64,000 nt of DNA from Escherichia coli. GTDB lineage: Bacteria > Pseudomonadota > Gammaproteobacteria > Enterobacterales > Enterobacteriaceae. Location: NCBI RefSeq assembly GCF_024298765.1, contig NZ_CP101210.1, one strand, 5' to 3'. Below, piece by piece: positions 48,441 through 56,306 of the stretch. The notes under the pieces were generated by a model. It was not told the origin of the DNA. It worked only from the letters and a program-made list of their open reading frames with translations, and did not search any database. Made by a program: the position numbers and the translations under genes. The stretch's first letter is position 1. Each line of letters starts with the position of its first letter.

Positions 48441-48587
48441 GACTGACCTCTGAAATGAACGTACGGTGTTATTGATAATGATGGAAGGTATGCAGTGACT
48501 GTTCAGGGAATGACGTAGCCGTATATTTAGTTTTCTGTTCAACATATTGTCTCCATACCTGTCGGGACGGCTTTGGCAGGCCGGCGA

Positions 48588-49268
48588 TCACAGGTTAAAG
48601 GTGTTGATAAGTTTATGGATGAAAGAGAAATGTGGCAGGGCGGAGATAAAACGCTCTTCAGCGACCAGACTGTGGATGTGGCCTCTCCGTTCAAACCGTT
48701 CTGATGTCAGGCTGACTGATTTGATATCTGCCAGAGGAAAGACCTGCAGTTTTCCCTTCTGTAACGCGATCAGATACCAGCTACCGCTGTAATAAATGAG
48801 CCGGCAGGGCTCCAGTGACGGATACCATCGCTCAGTCATCAGAGAGATGTGGATACACTGTCTTATTGCCAGGATGAGTTGCGAGAAACACTCGGGGAAC
48901 GTTGCAGTGATATCCGGCGCCGGTAGCCAGATAAGGCAGGGAGAGGGCTCCTGGTTGTCGGTAAGACAGGTTATCAGTCGTCCGTTCCGGAGCGGAAGTA
49001 TCCGTGCGATCCCGGTATTCTGTATAAAAGAAAGCATTTCAGGGATCGCACCTGGGCTGCTCTGTCGTCTGAGGCTGTACCTGCCATTTCTGTACTCTAA
49101 ATCCAGGTGAACCAGACGCTGATGAAAATCGCGCTGTAAAGTACGTTCTGTAACGCCAAATTCATCTGACAGTGTTTTTAGTGACAGAGATTCTCCGGCC
49201 ATCAGTCGGCTGATAATGAGTGATAAGCGAACCGCCAGGCGATCATGCCGGGAACGATTATCAGACAT
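48588..49268 (-). CDS. HTH plus WYL-domain transcriptional regulator (YfjR-like)
   Basis: 226 aa; N-terminal DeoR-type HTH (KTLSDEFGVTERTLQRD); C-terminal WYL-like region. Confidence 0.65.
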   Translation of the reverse strand: MSDNRSRHDRLAVRLSLIISRLMAGESLSLKTLSDEFGVTERTLQRDFHQRLVHLDLEYRNGRYSLRRQSSPGAIPEMLSFIQNTGIARILPLRNGRLITCLTDNQEPSPCLIWLPAPDITATFPECFSQLILAIRQCIHISLMTERWYPSLEPCRLIYYSGSWYLIALQKGKLQVFPLADIKSVSLTSERFERRGHIHSLVAEERFISALPHFSFIHKLINTFNL

Positions 49269-49470
49269 AGATGTGCACTCCGTAAGAAAACATCTTTTAT
49301 TTCATGATGTTATTATGCATCATGATGTTGAAAGGATGTGTCGCATCCGGATAATCAGGAATAAAATGCAGCAGAAAAAATATTCTTTTAATTATCTGAT
49401 TTTTAAGCATGATTTCATAAAAAGAAGAATGCTCGTTAATCCAGCGACACATCCTGTCGGCGTGAGTGTG

Positions 49471-50355
49471 TCAGAACAGACGCTCCCACAGTGTGATCAG
49501 CAGGTGGATAATGCGGTCCCGGGCTTTACGCAGAAGCTGTAACATCCAGGCCGGAAAACTGAACCGGGCAACGGCGTCGTCAAAACTTTTCCCGATGGCA
49601 TCACCAAAAGTCTGTTGTGCGTGTTTCCGGGCCTGTTCAGAGCGGTTTTCCCCCCTGATATGTGAATAAACTGCGCTGGTTGCCTGTGGTGGCAGCGCGT
49701 GGATCATCAGTGACACCAGCGCTGGAAGGTTCCAGCCTGCAGGTGCGGCTACAGGGAGTACCGGAAATGATGAAGGGAACAGGGTGGCCACCCGGGCTGT
49801 TACTGTCGCCAGTGAGAGTTCCTGGTGACGGGACGGGCATTTTTCTGTGGCATTCCATTCTTCAGCAGGAAACATGCGATCGGCATGGCTGAGAACAAAC
49901 AGAAAGCGCGAGGGATCTGCGCCCTCATTCAGTAAAAACTGATGCATGGCAATATCGGCAGCATACGCACGTTCATCACTCCGCAGGATCCAGATAATCA
50001 GATCCAGTTCCGGCAGTAACTGACGATAAAGCGCTCGGTATTCCTGATCATGCTGCGGTGTTTCACCAATGCCGGGCAGATCGACCAGCGTCATTCTGCG
50101 TTCACCGAGCTGCAGGGTAAGACGATGAGCCTGGCGGGTGCAGCCGTTCAGGGGATGCGTGGCGCAGATACGGGACTGAAAAATGGCATTACACAGGCTG
50201 CTCTTGCCGGTGCCGGATTTACCCATAATGCCAATCACGGGCTCGTAATGAATAACACCGTGGAGATGTTCAAGGATTTTCTGGCGTATTTCTTCAGGAA
50301 GAAACGTCAGATATGATTTCACTTGCGCGGAGAGGGAAGAATTGCTGAATGGCAT
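49471..50355 (-). CDS. GTPase (YfjP/YkfA/YeeP family)
   Basis: 294 aa; P-loop GKSGTGKSS, DLPG switch, ribosome-associated GTPase-like. Confidence 0.8.
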   Translation of the reverse strand: MPFSNSSLSAQVKSYLTFLPEEIRQKILEHLHGVIHYEPVIGIMGKSGTGKSSLCNAIFQSRICATHPLNGCTRQAHRLTLQLGERRMTLVDLPGIGETPQHDQEYRALYRQLLPELDLIIWILRSDERAYAADIAMHQFLLNEGADPSRFLFVLSHADRMFPAEEWNATEKCPSRHQELSLATVTARVATLFPSSFPVLPVAAPAGWNLPALVSLMIHALPPQATSAVYSHIRGENRSEQARKHAQQTFGDAIGKSFDDAVARFSFPAWMLQLLRKARDRIIHLLITLWERLF

Positions 50356-50455
50356 ACCGGTATCCTGTTGATTTCACTGAACCGGATCACACTAATCCGG
50401 TTTATCATTCAGGTAATATGGGTGTGAAAATTTTTCCATTGACGGGAAGAAGAGT

Positions 50456-51679
50456 ATGGCTAAAAACAAAGGTATTTGTCGGAATAAAAAATGCAGTAAT
50501 CCTGTTTCAGAATTTGATGAGGCAAATGCCTTAAGGTTATGCGATGATCATTATAAGCTATGGAAGCGAAATAAAGAGAATCGTCGGGTCAGGAATATTT
50601 GTCGTATAATCAGTAAATATGACAAAAGTCTGGACCGGGAGATATTTTATGGAGTAAGAGATGCTGCAAAAAATAAAACGGGAAAGAGAATTATTGAGGA
50701 CGCAAAAATATTACATCAATGCCGTGCCTCAAAGCAAGTAAGAAAAAGTTTTCACAAGGGTGTGCTTCGGTCACGGGAATGGCTTAATACACAGGAGTTA
50801 CTGAGCAGAAAACATATATCTGTTACAGGTGAACTATTTAAATTTTACATAAAAGATATTATCAGATTATATTGCTATAAGTTTCTCTACAGCAGAGAAT
50901 ATCTTAATGAAAACGCATACAAAAAACGATATCAGAGTGATATTCACCCCAGAAAAGTTAATGTTCCGATACTGCAACTTGAAGTTGCATGGATAAATAA
51001 TAATTGCCGTTCAAGTGATTCAAGCACTGATATTATTATCCTTCCGAGGATGATAAGAAGAATGGTTGTATTTAATTATACGAAGATAAATAAACAATTA
51101 GAGAAATTGTTAGGGGGGATAGCACGAAAACAAACCTCAGAAAGGAATAAAGGCGGTCTCTATACCAGAATAAAAAAAGAAAGTGACTTTCTTTCTATGG
51201 ATAGATTTATGGTGGAAATAGAAAATATCATAAGGCCTGAAAGGTTTCCGACATCAATTTATCCAGTCTTTTCACATTCATTTATTGAACGAGAGCTTCC
51301 GCTACTGAATCTTGCTCGATCACAGTATAAAAGAGCAATAAGTAAAAAAGTGGCGAATTCAATTTTTTATACTTTGCAAAAAACTAACGTAGCATTATGG
51401 CTACATCTTGAAATGTTTGCTCTGGTGGCATTCATTAAACTGTATACAGGAAAAGGTTTTGAATTCATAAAAAACATGTGTGCATTTATCGATTATAATA
51501 ATGGGATAATAAAATCCACACATGAAGAACTACTGGGTGAAATTAAGCATAACATTCAGGTTAATTTGAAGGTGAACCCTGATAATTTTCCTGAGCTAAT
51601 AAATATATACAATTCATGTTTTAGTAAAAATATATTTTTATATGATATTAATGATGGTAATTTTAAATGGTGTTCATGA
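50456..51679 (+). CDS. hypothetical protein, Lys-rich with N-terminal Cys/His cluster (candidate novel defense/abortive-infection gene)
   Basis: 407-aa ORF; purine-rich RBS; very AT-rich codon usage; C8-x4-C13...C29-x2-H32; divergent from GTPase gene. Confidence 0.6.
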   Translation: MAKNKGICRNKKCSNPVSEFDEANALRLCDDHYKLWKRNKENRRVRNICRIISKYDKSLDREIFYGVRDAAKNKTGKRIIEDAKILHQCRASKQVRKSFHKGVLRSREWLNTQELLSRKHISVTGELFKFYIKDIIRLYCYKFLYSREYLNENAYKKRYQSDIHPRKVNVPILQLEVAWINNNCRSSDSSTDIIILPRMIRRMVVFNYTKINKQLEKLLGGIARKQTSERNKGGLYTRIKKESDFLSMDRFMVEIENIIRPERFPTSIYPVFSHSFIERELPLLNLARSQYKRAISKKVANSIFYTLQKTNVALWLHLEMFALVAFIKLYTGKGFEFIKNMCAFIDYNNGIIKSTHEELLGEIKHNIQVNLKVNPDNFPELINIYNSCFSKNIFLYDINDGNFKWCS

Positions 51680-51978
51680 TTCTAAAATAGCAAATTCATA
51701 TTGCATATTAATTATCAACAAAAAACACATAATAAAATTTCAATAAGTTACCTGCTAATGGTGCTGATGATCCGCCAGTTTAGTATGGTTATATGATTTG
51801 ATGGTTAATGCTTACAGATAATCACACTTTCTTATGAATAGTATAAATGAGCATGCCATAGTCGTTTGTTCAGAGATAAAATTTACTGAATGAGCTTATG
51901 TTGTGGTTATCTGTACTTACCGGATACGACGACTTATATTCCTCACATTATATGGCTTAACTTTTCTGGGGTAAAGCG

Positions 51979-52044
51979 ATGGAGTTACAGACGCTGATTA
52001 CGATGGTTTACTGTCTCGTTATCACGGGATTTCTGCTGTACTGA
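51979..52044 (+). CDS. putative 21-aa hydrophobic mini-protein (speculative)
   Basis: ORF MELQTLITMVYCLVITGFLLY preceded by GGGGTAAAGCG; could be chance in AT-rich DNA. Confidence 0.2.
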   Translation: MELQTLITMVYCLVITGFLLY

Positions 52045-52184
52045 ATACGTGAACAGGAAAATAACTCCAGAGTAAATCTGCTCTGTTTTTAGGACAGAAA
52101 ACTCCATGCTGGCTGTAAAAGTGAAAAATTAACACCCAGTATGTATGGAAGTCTGAAGATGTTGAGAATGTCGGTATGATACTA

Positions 52185-52330
52185 TATACACGTATTTTAC
52201 TAAGTATTTTTACTAAGCATTTCAGTAAGTGTTATACACGTATTTTCTACTAAGTGTTTTACCAGACATACACGTATTTTCATAAACACTTCTACAAGTG
52301 TTTTCGTTAAGCATTGCTATACACATCCAG
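52185..52330. repeat. tandem imperfect direct repeats (ATACACGTATTTT ... ACTAAGTnTTTT)
   Basis: tatacacgtatttt at 52185 and 52233, catacacgtatttt at 52267, gctatacacatcc at 52317; each followed by actaagt/acaagt then a T-run. Confidence 0.5.
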
Positions 52331-52842
52331 TTTAGTAAATCTTTACGTTAACTAAATCAGTTTAATGCTGCTGTAAAACCTTTCTGTTTAAGCAATCAAT
52401 CTGCTATTCGATTTTACTGATGTTACGTTTAACCTTTCCTTAGATTTCGAGTTTCGACGTTAGCTTGAGAAAAGTATCTTTACGTAAAGCCCAGTGAATT
52501 AACTCAAATCCGATTGAGGTAACCTGATGCGATTTACTGTGAGTTTGCGATAACACTGTTAAATGGCTTATGGATGATTTTGTAACGGCGAGATTGATAA
52601 GGTGATTAACTGGCCCTGGTGTTTTTTCTCAGCGTAAGGTGATTATCTTCATCATAAGGCTCTTTTCAGAAAAAGTGTGATGATTGGTTGTGGTGTTTTG
52701 ATTCAGATGAGGATCTGCCAATGATTATGATGTATTGTAAGAAATAACGCCTTCAGAATGTTGGAGCATGCACTTACACAAACTGTTTTTCTAAAATTAA
52801 GGGAACAGTTTAAAGAGTATAAACTGTTCATCTTCTTCAGGA

Positions 52843-53373
52843 TTAAGCTACATTGTTGTTATGACTGACAGGATTGTTTTCTTCCCCTGACTCTGGGCTT
52901 AACAGTCCCTGGCGTTGTAGATATTCACTGACTGACATTCCAGAACTACGGATCCTGTCAGAGATTTTACGAAATTGATCCTTCCATTCTGCAGGTAATT
53001 TCTTAATTTGTCTGACTTTACAGGCTACACTGTACGGGGTTCGCCCTAGTTTCTCTGCCAGCCAGAAAAGGTGTTTACCAATTTCATCGTCCGGTACATC
53101 CTCCAGAACATCTCGCAATAAACTCTCGTCTGCCTCATTCCATGCCACACCAGCATTTGGGAAACGAGGATCGATCTCTCTTTCCTTCTTCTCCTTCTTA
53201 CTTTGCTCTTTTCGGGATGATACAGATACGACAGAACGTTCTTTTACCGCTGTAATTGCCATAACTGCATTGAGCAGAGATCTGCGCTCCACATCGTTCA
53301 GCATTTTTCCTTCACAGATCAAATCATTCAGGATGTCAATGACTAGATTCAGACTTTCTTCTGTTAGCTTCAT
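52843..53373 (-). CDS. hypothetical protein with putative HTH
   Basis: 176-aa ORF; AAGG RBS 8 nt upstream; charged KE-rich linker; HTH-like LAEKLGRTPYSVACKVRQIKK. Confidence 0.55.
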   Translation of the reverse strand: MKLTEESLNLVIDILNDLICEGKMLNDVERRSLLNAVMAITAVKERSVVSVSSRKEQSKKEKKEREIDPRFPNAGVAWNEADESLLRDVLEDVPDDEIGKHLFWLAEKLGRTPYSVACKVRQIKKLPAEWKDQFRKISDRIRSSGMSVSEYLQRQGLLSPESGEENNPVSHNNNVA

Positions 53374-53987
53374 ATTTCAGACCTTGAAGTATGTAGATAA
53401 TCAGCACAATTACTAATGTGATAAATATCAGAAGATAATTTACAGGTAAACCGGAAAATACATCTGAAGAATAAAGGCCTCAGCTTAACGTTTCAGCCAG
53501 TTTGTGAGCTGATTGAGGTACGGCGATGACATTAACGGGAATTACTCCCCTATAGCTCTGAGCTTATTTTTCACCCTGGCAACATATGGTGGCTACTGCG
53601 CATGGTTTTGGAGTAGATATCTTACTACTCGTAGAATTGTGCTTACTGGTCAGGCCAGCGCACAGGCATTCCGTGCAATCAATAGAACACTGGTTTTTTA
53701 GTCTTCCGTTACCCATCAGGATGTTAGTGCAGATTCCGGTGTATTCGATCAGTTGTTCGGCGAATCAGCGATCGATCACGATGCGATTTCGTATGTTAGG
53801 GATGCTGGTATGATTACTCGCTGAAAAATAATGTGAAAAGGCAGTTTTTCTTTAGACATTTAGCTCATTCATGCTGTTGTTTTACGTTTTGCTGTCGTGT
53901 GCAGGATTATCTTTTCGTTACGGGACGATTCATTCCGTTTTAATCAGGAGCTATTGGCGTTGCTCATTGGTGGGATGCCGTAAAGTT

Positions 53988-54035
53988 TTACCGCGGCGAT
54001 TAATGATGTGAAGTCAATCCAAATCAACGGAGATC
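53988..54035. repeat. conserved leader element (copy 1) shared with 62702-62744
   Basis: ttaccgcggcgattaatgatgtgaagtcaatccaaatcaacggagatc versus ttaccgccttgcttaatgatgtgaactgaagtcaacggagatc. Confidence 0.55.
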
Positions 54036-54042
54036 TCTCATC

Positions 54043-54774
54043 ATGAATCAACCAATACACAATGATTACTGGTTATCCCGTTTTGAAAGTATTCTCAACA
54101 GTGCCCTGGTGCAACACCGTGCCGTCTCGTTAATCCGGGTGGATTTACGTTTCCCTGAGCATATGCCTGTCACCATCATGGATCCCGATCCGGATTCAGC
54201 GGTGATTTCTCGTTTTTTCGAATCCCTGAAAGCCAAAATTCAGGCTTACCAGCGGAAAAAACGACGTACCAACAAGCGTGTGCGTGCAACCACCCTGCAT
54301 TATTTCTGGTGTCGAGAGTTTGGCAAGGAAAAAGGCAGGAAACATTATCACGTGATATTACTGCTCAACAAAGATACCTGGTGCTCGCCAGGGGATTTCA
54401 CCGTTCCTTCTTCGCTGGCGACGCTGATCCAACTGGCATGGTGTAGCGCTCTGCATCTTGAGCCCTGGCAGGGTAATGGACTGGTTCATTTTTCCAGGCG
54501 GACGCCTTTCCGTAAACCGGCATCATCTGATGCTCGCCCTTCTTCCGATGATACGCCTTTGTCGGGTGGATGTTCTGAAACCAGGAAGGCTTCAGACAAA
54601 AAGCCGGGTGAAGCCGCTGTTCTCTGGATCAAGCGTGGTGATGTGGAAGCGATGCAGAAAGCCATGGAGAGAGCCCGTTATCTCGTGAAGTATGAGACGA
54701 AGCAGCATGACGGTTCTGGTCAACGTAATTATGGTTGCAGCCGTGGAGCGGGGCGTCTACTGGATGGCAGGTGA
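54043..54774 (+). CDS. inovirus Gp2-like replication-associated protein (YagK/YfjJ family)
   Basis: 243 aa; HYHVILLL motif region; family assignment from memory. Confidence 0.65.
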   Translation: MNQPIHNDYWLSRFESILNSALVQHRAVSLIRVDLRFPEHMPVTIMDPDPDSAVISRFFESLKAKIQAYQRKKRRTNKRVRATTLHYFWCREFGKEKGRKHYHVILLLNKDTWCSPGDFTVPSSLATLIQLAWCSALHLEPWQGNGLVHFSRRTPFRKPASSDARPSSDDTPLSGGCSETRKASDKKPGEAAVLWIKRGDVEAMQKAMERARYLVKYETKQHDGSGQRNYGCSRGAGRLLDGR

Positions 54775-54884
54775 ACCCTGTAAAACGGCATCCGGTGCCA
54801 GAGTATATGTCACAGTAAGGTCGTTGGCTGACGCCCTTAGCTCGTTTTCTGAAAAAGTTTTTCTGAAGTAATGTGGATTTGCCC

Positions 54885-55790
54885 CTATATTTCCAGACAT
54901 CTGTTATCACTTAACCCATTACAAGCCCGCTGCCGCAGATATTCCCGTGGCGAGCGATAACCCAGCGCACTATGCGGATGCCATTCGTTATAATGCTCGA
55001 ACGCCTCTGCAAGGTTCTTTGCTGCCGTTAACCCGTCTGGTTTGGGCATGATACTGATGTAGTCACGCTTTATCGTTTTCACGAAGCTCTCTGCGATTCC
55101 GTTACTCTCCGGACTCCGCACCGCCGTGTTCTTCGGTTCAAGTCCCAACATCCGGGCGAACTGGCGTGTTTCATTAGCCCGGTAGCATGAACCATTATCC
55201 GTCAGCCACTCCACTGGAGACGACGGAAGATCGTTGCCGAAGCGGCGTTCCACCGCTCCCAGCATGACGTCCTGTACTGTTTCACTGTTGAAGCCGCCGG
55301 TAGTGACCGCCCAGTGCAGTGCCTCACGATCACAGCAGTCCAGCGCGAACGTGACACGCAGTCTCTCTCCGTTATCACAGCAGAACTCGAACCCGTCAGA
55401 GCACCATCGCTGATTGCTTTCTTTCACGGCCACTCTGCCTGTATGTGCCCGTTTCGATGGCGGTACAGCAGGTTTTCGCTCAAGCAACAGCGCATTCTGG
55501 CGCATGATCCGGTAAACACGTTTGGCATTGATCGCAGGCATACCATCAAGTTCGGCCTGTCTGCGAAGCAGCACCCATACCCGACGATAACCATATGTGG
55601 GCAGCTCTCCGATAACATGGTGTATACGGAGAAGCACATCCGTATCATCAGTGTGACGGCTGCGGCGACCATCTTTCCAGTCATCGGTTCGTCTGAGAAT
55701 GACGTGCAACTGCGCACGCGACACCCGGAGACAACGGCTGACTAAGCTTACTCCCCATCCCCGGGCAATAAGGGCGCGTGCGCTATCCAC
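54885..55790 (-). CDS. insD: IS2 transposase InsD (OrfB)
   Basis: 301 aa [34 protein letters not shown]...; DDE integrase core. Confidence 0.92.
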
Positions 55791-56113
55791 TTTTTTGCAC
55801 GCCCATATTCAACGGCTTCTTTAAGGAGTTCATTTTCCATCGTTTTTTTGCCGAGCAGGCGCTGGAGTTCTTTAATCTGCTTCATGGCAGCAGCAAGTTC
55901 AGAGGCAGGAACGACCTGTTCTCCTGCGGCCACAGCAGTAAGACTTCCCTCCTGGTATTGCTTGCGCCAGAGAAATAACTGGCTGGCTGCCACACCGTGT
56001 TGCCGGGCAACAAGGGAGACCGTCATTCCCGGTTCAAAACTCTGCTGAACAATAGCGATCTTTTCCTGTGTAGTACGCCGTCTGCGTTTCTCCGGTCCTA
56101 AGACATCAATCAT
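55748..56113 (-). CDS. insC: IS2 InsC (OrfA)
   Basis: 121 aa from [29 protein letters not shown]. Confidence 0.9.
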
Positions 56114-56261
56114 CTGCTCTCCAATGACTAGTCTAAAAACTAGTATTAAGACTATCACTTAAATAAGTGATATTGGTTGTCTGGAGATTCAGGGGGGCCA
56201 GTCTACTGAATGAGCGAAATGTGATTTACCTTCTTTTCTGTTCATTGTAAATTCCCTCTTT

Positions 56262-56290
56262 GCTAACGCAAATCATTATCATTACGCCTT
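56262..56290 (+). promoter_or_regulatory. putative Fur box in receptor promoter
   Basis: aatcattatcattac contains AATCATTATC, an exact match to the 3-prime half of the Fur consensus GATAATGATAATCATTATC. Confidence 0.45.
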
Positions 56291-56306
56291 TGGCAAAGGG
56301 AAATTT

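Larger units (their letters stand above)
54874..56205 (-). mobile_element. IS2 (IS3 family)
   Basis: Termini TGGATTTGCCCC... and ...GGGGGGCCAGTCTA; about 1.33 kb; insC plus insD. Confidence 0.9.

Noticed and set aside
52185-52330. CRISPR array
   Set aside because: Only three to four imperfect repeats with irregular spacing, no cas genes nearby, and the repeats are AT-rich and non-palindromic.
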